Below are positions 13,550 to 25,600 of a DNA stretch of 64,000 bases, piece by piece. Below the pieces are notes generated by a model. That model ran no database searches and was not told the origin of the DNA. It saw only the letters and a program-made list of their open reading frames with translations. The position numbers and the translations under genes were made by a program. Location of the stretch: assembly GCF_006345805.1 (NCBI RefSeq), contig NC_043002.1, forward strand, positions 104,780,001-104,844,000, read 5' to 3'. The DNA comes from Octopus sinensis (taxonomy: Eukaryota). How positions within the stretch are numbered: position 1 is the stretch's first letter; every line of letters starts with the position of its first letter.

Positions 13550-14364
13550 TGATAGATAGATAGCTAGATAGATAGATGGATAGATAAATAGATAGACATA
13601 TATGCCACCATAATCCTACCGGTGCATATTGCCTAATAAACTTCTGACGGAGTATTACCTAAAACGTTATTGGATTATCTGATATAATTTCGCATGTTAT
13701 TACATGTCAAGTTGTTTGACGCAAGAAAGTGTTGATAATAATAAATATTTTGCTACTGAAATACGTGTAATTCTACCTAAAATAACTAATCGTTTCATCT
13801 TTATTACATGCATATACATACATACATATATTCATACATACATACATGCATACATACATACATACACACATATATACATACATACATACATACATACATA
13901 CATACATACATACATACATACATACATACATACATAGATAAATACATGCATATACATACATACATACATACATGCATACACACATATCCATACATACATT
14001 TTATGTGATAGTTTGTTGGAATAATGTCTGTTAGGAGGTATCTTACGTGTCCCGTACATACCGAAATGCCAAACTGCTACTACCAAATGACATATGTGTA
14101 ATGGTGAATAAATAATATGAAAAAAAAAACCGTTTCCAATATCTTGTTTTGATATATATTTACTCTGCAAAATGTATTTCCCAGAATTTTCAACTATTAT
14201 AAATACTTGATTAATATATCTCGATTCGGATTTGGAATACTGGAAGAAACAGATGTGCTTTCAAGTGGACACAGCTTGGATTCTAACCCTATGAACATAA
14301 TACAAACACACATTCGCACACACATGCATTTATGCATGTGTGTGTATGTATTATGTATATATGT

Positions 14365-14552
14365 ATGGCTGTGTGATAAGTAGCTTGCTAACCAACCACA
14401 TGGTTCCGGGTTCAGTCCCACTGCATGGCATCTTGGGCAAGTGTCTTCTGCTATAGCCCCGGGCCGACCAATGCCTTGTGAGTGGATTTGGTAGACGGAA
14501 ACTGAAAGGAGCCCGTCGTATATATGTATATATATATATGTATATACATATG

Positions 14553-14599
<47 letters not shown>

Positions 14600-14832
14600 A
14601 GTGTGTGTGTATATGTTTGTGTGTCTGTGTTTGTCCCCCTAGCATTGCTTGACAACCGATGTTGGTGTGTTTACGTCCCCGTCACTTTGCGGTTCGGCAA
14701 AAGAGACCGATAGAATTAGTACTGGTCTTACAAAGAATAAGTCCCGGGGTCGATTTCCTCGACTAAAGGCGGTGCTCCAGCATGGCCGCAGTCAAATGAC
14801 TGAAACAAGTAAAAAGAGTAAAAAAAAGAGTA
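14365..14832 (+). mobile_element. tRNA-derived SINE family A
   Basis: Matches 12453-12863 throughout; the first ~10 nt of the head are missing. Confidence 0.93.
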
Positions 14833-14949
14833 ATGAGATGCATGTATGCATGTATGTATACATGTATGTATGTATACATGTATGTATGTATACGTGTATG
14901 TATATGTGGCTGCTTCTAACACCACCACCACCACCACCACTACTACTAC

Positions 14950-15612
14950 TGCCAAAATAGAAAAACCACTACTACAACCAAATAAAACCCCCTGCCGTTA
15001 CTATTCTAAAGGCACTTGTAGATTTGGCCCCAGCGGCACAAACAAAAATGGACGCTGTGCTTTTCCCCACCCGACCTTATGTCGTAGACTTGCTATGGGC
15101 ACCTGTCCATACGGTATAACATGAAAAAATTGCCCCCACCTCCACCCCAAATACTGTCCTAAATACAGAATCTATGGTTCTGACCCTAAATACGGATGCA
15201 TAAGAGGCAATGGATGCACCTTATTCCATCCTAAACTGTCTCACAAAGGATGTGCCTGAACCCAGAATGCAACAACCACCATCTGAAGGGCACAAAACGA
15301 TCACAGAATAGATATGAACAGGAACAGAGGAAATCTAGGACAACAACAAGAACAAAATACAACCACGTTTCCCCTCCTACAATCAAACTACGTAGACAGA
15401 ACCAGGAAAAAACACCAAATAACGCCAACTTGAAATATGTATCCTCTGACCAAGTGGCAAACCAAACAAGTAACTCTTTTTTACTGACATACCTGGAAAA
15501 TATGAAGGCCGACCTAAGCCAGGAGATCCAGCGAGCCATCACCAACCATCTATGCAAATCACAAGGACCACTCACCCATTACCAACTTCCCTTACCTCGA
15601 CATTCCTGTTAA
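14950..15612 (+). pseudogene. LINE ORF1 remnant with up to four tandem CCCH-type zinc fingers
   Basis: CRYYSKGTC..C.FPH, CRRLAMGTC..(stop)KNCPHLH, CPKY..GCIRGNGCTLFH and a partial CLNPECNNHH. One TGA at 15122-15124 and one frameshift near 15240. Confidence 0.75.
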
Positions 15613-18557
15613 ATGTACGTGGCATCAACCCATCAATTATTGCCCAAAAATGGAAGATCCCATATATAGAGAGTTGGCTTGCCGAAATGGCACATTGCTT
15701 CCCTTTCTTTATCCTTACCGAGACTCACCTGAACAACACCCATATGGACGCAGAGGTGAAAATAAAAGATTTCACCATTGTTCGTGCGGATCGCACAGAC
15801 CGAAATAAGGGAGGGACAGCCATCTTTATCCATGACTCCTTTTCACTTGATGCCAAGGACACATTTTCCAATGGCTACTGTGAATCGGTATCAGTATACA
15901 ACAAAGCCAAGGACATAACCATTGTTGGTCTTTACAGGCCTCCCCAGGCACCTCTAAAGTACTTTGAAGAGTGCCTTAGCAAAGTCAAGTCCTTCCTTCG
16001 GAAGTACCACTCCGGAAACATAATAGTGATGGCGATTTTAACCTCCCTCATGTGAACTGGCCCACAAATACTCCGAAGTTAGGCAAGTGCTCTACATCAG
16101 ATAGGGCAGCAGCAGAACTGCTCTTTAATCTGATGGATGAGTATTTCCTGACTCAGCTAGTGCTTGAACCAACGAGACAGAATAAAACGATCTTGGATCT
16201 GGTACTGACCAATCACTCTAGCTACGTTCACAGCATTTCAGTCGAAAAAACTCTCCTCTCAGACCACGACATGGTACTCTGCAATCTTAATTCCCGACAT
16301 ATAAAAACCAAACCAGCCAATCCCACTCCATGGCACCCATTTGACAACATAAATTTCCACAAAGCAGACTGGGGAACAATCAGAAAGGATCTGTCTTCCA
16401 TCGACTGGTCTTTTACTCTCAATTCCCCTCATATTGAGACCGCGTGGCAGCACTTTGAAACCATTGTCACCGACACATGCTCTAAACACGCTCCCAAGAA
16501 ATCTACTAACACAAACAGAAACCGGCTCCCTAAAAAGAAAAAAAACACTCATCAGGCGCATCAAAAGACTCAACAAAAAAATCAACCAATTAAAATATTC
16601 CCACACGCAACATCCACATTCAACAACAATGAAAAGACTAGAGCTGGAAAAACTTCATCTGCAGACTAACATGAAAACCTCCATTGAAAATCAAAGAGCT
16701 GTGGAGGAACAATGGGTAATCAAAAACATCAAACAGAACCCAAAAGTGTTCTATTCTTATGCAAATAAGCATAGAACCACTGTCTCATCTATTGGGCCAT
16801 TGATTGATGAAAACGGCATTCCCCAACACGATGCTAAAGAAATGGCAGAAATACTGCAGAAACAATATTGCTCTGTCTTCAGTGTTCCCACTGATATTGA
16901 TGTGAGGGAAACGAACGAAGCTGACTCCCAACACAAAATCGCAGACATAACCTTCACTGCCACCGACATCGTAGCAGCAATAAATGAGGTCAAACATTAC
17001 TCCGCTGTAGGCCCTGATAGATTTCCCGCCAGTCTCCTGAAGGAATGTAGATATCAACTTGCAGTCCCTCTGACCAACCTCTGGAGAAACTCGTTAGACG
17101 CAGGTTATATACCGAATAAGTTTCTATCCCAGTCGGTCATCCCGGTTTTCAAACAGGGAAACATATCCCTCGCAGTCAACTATCGCCCAATCTCACTCAC
17201 CTCCCACATCATTAAAGTGTTTGAAAGAGTGTTAAGATCAAGGATAGCTGACTTCCTGGAGACCCACAAACTCCTAAATTCAAATCAACATGGCTTTCGC
17301 TGTGGCAGGGACTGTCTAACACAGCTCTTACACCACATTGAAGATGTACTCAAAGCCTTGGGAACAGGTTCGAACTCTGACGTCATATACCTTGACTTCA
17401 GTAAAGCGTTCGACAGGGTAGACCATAACATCCTACTCTCAAAATTGGCAAATGTTGGAATCCGTGGAAAAGTTCTACACTGGATTCAGTATTTCCTAGC
17501 GAATAGAACACAATATGTTGTAGTTGATGGAGTCCACTCAAACCCAGCAAAAGTCACCAGCGGTGTTCCCCAGGGAACTGTTTTGGGTCCGCTACTCTTC
17601 ATAATTTATGTAAACGACCTTTCCAGTGTCGTACATCACTGCAAAGTGAAAATATTCGCTGATGACACTAAGCTCCAGCAAATCGTCAATGAAGAAGCAG
17701 ACCGAACTCAACTCCAGTCTGACCTATATGCTGTGAGTCAATGGGCAGACAGAAACAAAATGCAACTGAATGAGGGAAAATTTGAGCTGATGCATTTTGG
17801 AAGAAATTCCTCACTAAAACAACCATACTCTCTTCCTTCAGGGGAACCGCTCACAGCCTCTAACAATATCAGAGACCTGGGTGTAATTGTTGATGACGAT
17901 CTCAGTTGGAGTGCACACATCAACAAGATGGTCGATACAGCTCGTAGGATGAGTTCCTGGATCTTAAGAACTTTCCGGTCCAGAGAACAAGGTGTCATCA
18001 TACCACTTTTTTCATCCTTTGTACGGCCACACCTTGAATACTGCTGCCCACTGTGGTCTCCTCACACAAGACAAAACATCTCCAGAATTGAGTCACCCCA
18101 GAGGGCTCTCACTAAACAAATTGAAGGCATGGCTGCTCTCGACTATTGGGATCGCCTTAAAGCCTTGAAACTTTACTCCCTCCAGCGTCGCCGTGAGCGG
18201 TACATCATTTGTACGATGTGGAAAATATACCGCCAACTTTGCCCAAAGACCTAAACATTAGCTTCAAGGTTCATCCGAGACTTGGACCACGGGCTATACG
18301 TCCCCTGCCAAATTCAAGATCACAACATACATGTACACTGCAACATAATTTCTTTTCCTCAACAGGCCCTGCCCTATTTAACATTGTCCCGAGGGAGATC
18401 AAAGAGGAAAAGGATCCCATCAACTTCAAACAGTCTGGATAGATTCCTTCAAAGAATACCAGACAAGCCACCCATAATTGGATACAACGCACCCAACAAG
18501 AACTCACTACTTGAACAAAACTGGATACAACTCACCCAACAAGAACTCACTACTTGA
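15552..18557 (+). pseudogene. LINE ORF2 (APE endonuclease + reverse transcriptase), split by ~4 frameshifts
   Basis: Endonuclease motifs LNVRGI, LTETHL, YRPP, (G)DFN, LDLVLTN, SDH. RT motifs QHGFR, YLDFSKAFDRVDH, GVPQGTVLGPLLF, FADD. Confidence 0.95.
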
Positions 18558-18709
18558 ACAAAACTTGACTTAAACAGGATTCGAATAATCCTATCAGGTG
18601 GTGCTATTAAGTTAGACATGGCCTGGACCAATCTCTGGTCGAAACATATCTAAGTTTTATCTAAGTTTAAGTTTTATGTATGTATATATTGATGGATGTA
18701 AATATTTAG

Positions 18710-19132
18710 GTCATTGTTCAATTCCTTGCCAATGGAGAAAGTGCCGATTTCTAACCAAGATTCAAGGTTTCTTCACTGGAATTTCAACTTAAACAACGGG
18801 ATATTTTTATTCGTAAGTATGTAGGTAGGTATCAATGTATGTATGTATGTATGTATGTATGTATGTATGTATGTATGTATGTATGTATGTATGTATGTAT
18901 GTATGTATGTATGTATGTATGTATGTATGTGTGTATATGTACAGATTTGCATGTTTAGCTTTTTATATGTATTTTATGCATATAGTTACATATCAAGACA
19001 TGCTCATATATATTCAAATGATAAACCTCTGGATAGTTTTGCAGATTTTTACAGTTCCAGTGATGGAATGGATCTGTAGCGTTCTCCTTTCTGGAATTCA
19101 GAAGCCTAATTTCTCAATTTTATTTAGGCAGC
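18710..19132 (+). repeat. Unclassified interspersed repeat with an internal (TATG)n
   Basis: Homologous to 39775-40190 (TTGCCAAT...TTTCTAACC...ACATGCTCATAT...TTTTTACAGTTCCAGTGATGGA). Confidence 0.75.
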
Positions 19133-19170
19133 GGTATGTATGTATTTATGCATGCATGTATGCATGTATG

Positions 19171-19541
19171 TATGTATGTGACGGTGACATGCAGTAGCTG
19201 TGCCTCAGCAAAGCTAGACTCAGGAGTCATCTTCTTAGTCATAAAGCGAGACATATGATTGACTATTCAAGCCGCTGGTGGTGCTGTTGCTACACGTCAT
19301 ACTAATTATATCGTCAGCCATTTGGAAGGGAGTGTATTGCGGGAGGACTTAAACGACATGCAAAGGTACATAAAGCCCAATGACAACTACTGTTTGCTAT
19401 TGCTGGTAAAGTCTTCAGCTGCCAATTCTGTACAAGACATTGTAGATCTTCAGCTGGGCTAAAAAGTCACATTCGATCACAGTACGGTTAACAGTTAGGA
19501 CTCGTGCAATGGCCATAAAAGATAACGAGGGGACAGCCACC
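19171..19541 (+). mobile_element. 3' end of an RTE-clade LINE with three decayed C2H2-like fingers
   Basis: Translates to LCLSKARLRSHLLSH, AGGLKRHAKVH and FSCQFCTRHCRSSAGLKSHIRS*, resembling the RTE/BovB C-terminal finger, followed by a short 3' UTR. Confidence 0.65.
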
Positions 19542-19568
19542 ATTTATGTATGTGGAAAAAAAGAGCGA

Positions 19569-19622
<54 letters not shown>

Positions 19623-19789
19623 CAATTCACAATAATGACTTTTATTTCTAATTGAACGTATCTATCGTTACTTTTCATGAAAAGCCTTTACCTTTTTTGA
19701 TTTCGAAAGTGCATTTTCGGTCATTTTTTCCTTCTTACAATCCCCTTACATTTTCACGTGTAGTTTCTATTTTCTTTTTGTAACATTTC

Positions 19790-19940
19790 TCTTCCTCCGT
19801 CTTCCCTTCTTTTGATCTTTCCTTTTCCTATGTTTCTGACGAAGAGCTCCGCTCGAAACGTTAAACCCTCCTTCTTTCCTGAGCGTCCAATAATACTATA
19901 CTTGTTCCACGTCCTCGCGTTGTTGTGTTTTCTCTTTGTG
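19790..19940 (+). mobile_element. Penelope-like terminal-repeat fragment carrying a hammerhead core
   Basis: About 100 bp shared with 54815-54922; contains CTGACGA-A-GAGCTCCGCTC-GAAA. Confidence 0.65.
19832..19866 (+). ncRNA. Minimal type I hammerhead ribozyme motif
   Basis: GTTT-CTGACGA-A-GAGC(TCC)GCTC-GAAA-CG-TT-AAAC: intact core, 4-bp stem II, palindromic ACGT stem III and 4-bp stem I. Confidence 0.7.
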
Positions 19941-19956
19941 TTTTCATGTTGGATTA

Positions 19957-20030
<74 letters not shown>

Positions 20031-20637
20031 TATATATATCACGCTCAGTGAATTTCGAAACTTACTGCAATGAATATGAGAGTTGCAAGATAGAGAGATG
20101 TCTTCTGCTGCGCATGTTTCACCCCTCCACCATGGTACACATCAAACTAAGCTATGATCGAAACCATACTATCAGTGAGGTTTGCATTTACCATTCAGGC
20201 TTATTCGCGATTCAGAGTTATTCGCCATGGTATTTCAGACTTAAGGTGGCTGAGTGTCTTTCGGAAGAGAATACTCTGCTGACTGTAACTTGTCTAGCAA
20301 CACTTCATGAATCTTCCATGAGAACAATGTACATGTGGTGTGAGTTTTTGGTTCCCGCGTGCGTGTCTAAAAGGGTGTGTGTATGTGTGTGTTAAGGGGT
20401 GTGTTCGTGCAGTGTAGGATAGGTGAAGGCATTTGGTTGATGGTGGTATCTGCTCATAAAATCATCACCAGTAATGATGGTTGTTGAGGTGATGGTGGTG
20501 ATGATGGTCGTGGTGATGGTATTGGTGGTGTACTTGTGATGATAGTGGTGGTGATGTTACTCATCATCGTGATGGTTATGATGATGTTGATCAAAGCGCA
20601 GGTAAAGGCGACTACTACGACAACGACAATGGTAAGA

Positions 20638-20680
<43 letters not shown>

Positions 20681-20834
20681 CGACGACGACGACGAGGATG
20701 ATGAGAATGATGATGATAATGATGATGATGATGATGATAATGATGATGATGATGACGATGATGATATTAATGATGGTGGTGATTCTAACGGTTTCTCATT
20801 CTGGCAGTTTTCAGAATTTAGGCCGTTTCCTTTG

Positions 20835-21225
20835 AATCCAGTACTTGAATAGTACTTTCTTTTATCGACCTGGAATGGTTGAAAGAGAAAGGTAATATCA
20901 GCAGGATTTGAACTCAGAAATTAAAGAGCCGAAACAAATGCCTTAAAGGATTATTTTCCCACTCTTTGAAACCATTCTGTCATCTCATTATCTTGAAGGT
21001 CATGTTATTGGATTTAGATAGAAGGCGAACACTGTTGATGAGAGAGAGGAGCATGCGATTAAATCAACTCCATTACTAGTCTAGTTCTTTATTTGATCGA
21101 CTGTGGAGGGACGATAGGTAAATGATGGGGTGGGGAAGACTTGAAATCGAAACGTAACGAACCGGAACAAGCCCGCGCAGCATCTTGTCCAACACTCTTA
21201 GCCATTCTGCCAGCTCACCGTCGTT
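20835..21225 (-). mobile_element. Two diverged SINE family B copies
   Basis: Reverse complement of the GAGCTGGCAGAAT head and the TTCTGAGTTCAAAT...GTCGATAAAA core. Confidence 0.65.
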
Positions 21226-21499
21226 GCTCATACAGCTAATAATGATGACAGAGATGATGATGAGGATGATGATGACGAGGATGCATTGTCGTGTTGATGA
21301 TGTTGTTGTTGCTGTTGCTGCTGTTTCAAGAATATGCCCACCCTTATTTAAAATATGATGGAATATTGGAGCATTAATCATCAAAATATGTTCTGGAATC
21401 ATTTTTTTAAGCAGATCATCCGAGAAAAACGGAATTGATGCGAAGGATTTTCTTTGAAACTTTAGCCCAAACAATGTATATCAAGTGAGGAGGATGATA

Positions 21500-21555
<56 letters not shown>

Positions 21556-21608
21556 GGTGATGATGATGGTGATGGTGATGATGATGATGATGAAGATGAT
21601 GGGGATGG

Positions 21609-21639
<31 letters not shown>

Positions 21640-21827
21640 AATGATGATGGTGATGATGATGATGATGATGACGACGAGGATGCATTGTTGTGTTTGATGT
21701 TGTTGTTGCTGCTGCTGCTGCTGCTGCTGTTGCTGGTGTCATTGTTGTTGCATATGAGAAATGTCTCAGAAGAGCAATATACTAACATCAGCTTCAGCAA
21801 CATTAATCTATCTCTCTTTGTGTTCAG

Positions 21828-22474
21828 CATGTCCGTTTGTGTGTTATTGTCTTTTAATTGAAGAGCGTATTTTCGTTTACGACCGAAGTCATGTGATTGA
21901 CAGTAAACCAATCTGAAACACATCAAATGTGAGAACAACGGAGGAAAGGAAACTATAATCCGACCAAGAAATAACAGCGTCAAAGGCAGGAAATAAATGT
22001 CAGATTTCTTGAAACGAAGACTCGGTGTCTTCAAATAAATATTTGACATGTATCTCCATTCGGCGCAAGACGACGTTTATGAATGTTATTCCGCTTTCTT
22101 CATAACAGGGAATCGAGAACACACATCTTTTTTGTGTTTATATCTTTGTCAACAAACGAAGCGCAATTTTCCGCCATCTTCGAGTGTAGTGAACGAATAC
22201 CAGAAATGTAGTTGCGAATACCAAAAATATCTAAAGACTAGGTGGCAATGTTAAAACAGTTTGGGATAATTCTGCCGCGCACGAAGACGTACAGTTCACC
22301 GAAGAGCTTCCGCACACTTTCCATCCGATGACCGAGATATTCAACGAAATGTATAGGCATTTCAAGAATATGCCCACCATTATTTTGAATGTGATGGACT
22401 ATTGGAGCATTAATCACCAGAACAGGTTCTGGAATCATTTTTTTAAGCAGATCATCCGAGAGATACGGAAGTGA
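21828..22474 (+). pseudogene. Decayed Toll-like juxtamembrane + TIR-domain coding segment
   Basis: TACTAAC branch point (21780), pyrimidine tract and CAG. Across frameshifts: IFDMYLHSAQDD (box 1-like), KRNFPPSSSVV (BB-loop-like), NTRNVVANTKNI, AAHE and MPTIILNVMDYW...QNRFWNHFFKQI (box 3 FW). Confidence 0.45.
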
Positions 22475-22609
22475 TGCGAGGAATTTTCTTGGGAAACTTT
22501 ACCCCAAACAATGTATATCAAATGATAATGATAATGATGATGATGATGGTGGAGGACCTGGTGGTGATGATGATGATGATGACAGTGGTGGTGATGGTTA
22601 TGATGCATC

Positions 22610-22746
22610 AAACTGGAACTCATTTCATCGAACCCAAAAGCATGAAAAGCAAAGTCGAACTCGAATTTGAACTCCGAACGTAACGACAAACAAAATGCTA
22701 TTAAGCATTTCGCCCGGCGTGCTAAAGCTCCTGCCAGCTCACCGCC
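22610..22746 (-). mobile_element. SINE family B (tRNA head + Deu/Nin-like core)
   Basis: Reverse complement reads GGCGGTGAGCTGGCAGGAG...GAGTTCAAATTC...GACTTTGCTTTTCATG. Confidence 0.75.
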
Positions 22747-22758
22747 TCAAAGCCTTAA

Positions 22759-22975
<217 letters not shown>

Positions 22976-23800
22976 AGTATTGAGAGCAGAGAAAAAGGGA
23001 AAAACAAAGGAAGAAGTACAAAACGAACAAGAAGAAGAATTACACTAGAAGCGACTACACAATCAATTTTATGCATCCAAAACAGAAGTTGGTGGAAACT
23101 ATAGATGGGATTGTCTGATGAAAGGAATACTACAAAAAGGGACTGTGAGCCCTATACTGGCAGTTTAGAACAAAGCTTTGCCCACAAACTGAAGCGCCAA
23201 ACTTAAGAATGAACAAATGTCTCTGCTGTGCTGCATCTGTAGTAGAGTTGTGACGGCATGACCAGGTAGCGATTGTACTACGCTGGAAATTGTGCGAAAA
23301 GTGGGGGCTGGAGAGAGGAAACACAAACTATGAGCATGAACCGCAGACAGTTGGGGAGTCGGAATCTGGCAAAATCCTCTGGGATTTCCCAGTCCAGAAA
23401 CAACAGGTTCTAGAGCATAACAGACCGGACCTACGAGTGGGGGACAAGGTGCACCACATATGCTATATAGTTGGTGTTGCATGCCACTTTGACCCATGAA
23501 TAATCTAGGAAGGCGAAAAGATAGAGATACAAGCCTCATAAATACGGAACAGTCCGGCTATGGAAAATGATGAAGGCGAAGACAGTGCCAATTATCGTTG
23601 GGTCCTTGGGAACAGTATCAGAATGCATCAAGGGGAATACAAAGGGAATTGGGATAGAGTACCTTGTTACAAAAGGTTTGATTCCTTGGCATGGCCAGAA
23701 TAATGAGGAAAATATTAGATAGCTGAAAGGAACGGATAGCAGTGTACCATAGGTTGCAGTTAGCACGCCCCAGGAACTCCAACAAAACCTGTGAGGAGAA
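22976..23800 (+). mobile_element. Degenerate R4/Dong-like LINE 3' fragment (restriction-like endonuclease region)
   Basis: RHDQVA, KILWDFPVQ, HNRPD and PIIVGSLG motifs across frameshifts; homologous to 45060-45990; ends in (TAA)n. Confidence 0.8.
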
Positions 23801-24063
23801 ATAATAATAGTAATTGGGGGTAGATCGATTAGATTGATTAGATCGACCCCAGTACGTAACTTAATTTGTCGACCCCGAAAATATGAAATGCGAAGTCGAC
23901 CTCTGCGAAATTTGAACTCAGAATGCAGCGACTGGCAGAATACCGCCAAACTTTTCATCCAGCGTGCTAACGAATCTGCTATCTTCGGTTTCTAACACAT
24001 GCGCAGAAAGTGAAATTTAGAGAACAGCGTTTGTTTAGACGATGTAATCAGTGTAATCCTCGC

Positions 24064-24720
24064 TTGGTTCTTATTTTATCGATCCGAAAGAAAGGAAAAT
24101 AAAGCTGATCTCGGATGGTTTGAACACCGAATGTGGAGTCCAGTGAAAGACAGCATAACCGTAGATATACTTTAAAGCGTACGCGAAACGATGTGATTAT
24201 ATAGTGATAGATTAGCAGGCTTGTTAGTGTGTCGAACAAAATGCCTTATTGCATTTATTACAACACCACACTCTGATTTTAGATTCCATCGATGTCAACT
24301 TTGCCTTTCATCCTGCTGTGGTCGAATCACATCGTTTTGCGCCTGCTTTATAGCATATCTACTGTATTCTGTCTTTCACTGAACTCCACATTCGGCGTTC
24401 AAACCATCCGAGATCAGCTTTATTTTTTCTTTCTTTCGCATCGATAAAATAAGAACCAATCGAAGAATCGATCCGAAAGAAAGGAAAATAAAGCTGATCT
24501 CGGATGATTTGAACTCCGAATGAGGAGTACCGGTGAAAGCATGCCGTAGATATACTATAAAACATGCGCAAAACGATGTGGTTATATATTGATAGATTAG
24601 CAGGCTTGTTAGTGCGTCGAACAAAATGCCATATTGCATTTATTACAACATTACACTCTGATTTTAGATTCTATCGATATCAACTTTGTCTTTCATTCTG
24701 CTGTGGTGACGAAAATAAAC
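24064..24720. repeat. Direct-inverted-direct triplication of SINE B-derived sequence
   Basis: 24077-24325 is repeated at 24467-24708; 24326-24459 is the reverse complement of 24064-24198. Confidence 0.85.
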
Positions 24721-25321
24721 TGCCAACTGAGTCCGATCAAATTATGGAATCGTTAGTGCGTCAGACAAAGTGCTTTTTAGTATTTAATTTAGTTTTCTAT
24801 GTTGTAAGTTTATATGCACCGACCACTTGGCCTAAGGATATAAAGACAACTACTGGAACAAGGAGATGGCGCACTTGTTGAATGGACAACCATTGGTCTT
24901 CATAATAAGTTTTGCTTATAATTCCAAACCAAAGAGAAATGTTCTAGATGCAGATACATGAGGAAACGTGACCTCTTCATGTTTTATACCTACTCAGTCT
25001 TGGAGAAAAGGAAACATTGTGATTGCTCCAAGCCGACTGTATATATGTCTGCTTGCAGAAGATTTTGTCGAGGATAAGTGAGAATAATAAAAAAAATATT
25101 AAAATTACAAATAATAATATAGCCGTCGAAAATTTCTCATTCAAAGCAAATTATGACCAGAATAATCGAGAAATAAAACAAAGCTTTGTTTCATAGTAAT
25201 TGAATAAACTCTGTCATATATGGAGTATTCATCTCGTGTGCTTACCAAAACATATTCAGAAGGAGACTTTAACACACGAGCACACATACATATATAGGTA
25301 TGTGTCATTATATATAGAGAA

Positions 25322-25600
<279 letters not shown>

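Larger units (their letters stand above)
14908..18676 (+). mobile_element. Near full-length CR1/L2-group LINE inserted in an (ATGT)n tract
   Basis: CCCH-finger ORF1, APE endonuclease plus RT ORF2, short 3' UTR ending in (TAAGTTT)-type repeats. Possible TSD TGTATGTATAT at 14895-14905 and 18677-18687 (ambiguous inside a microsatellite). Confidence 0.93.
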
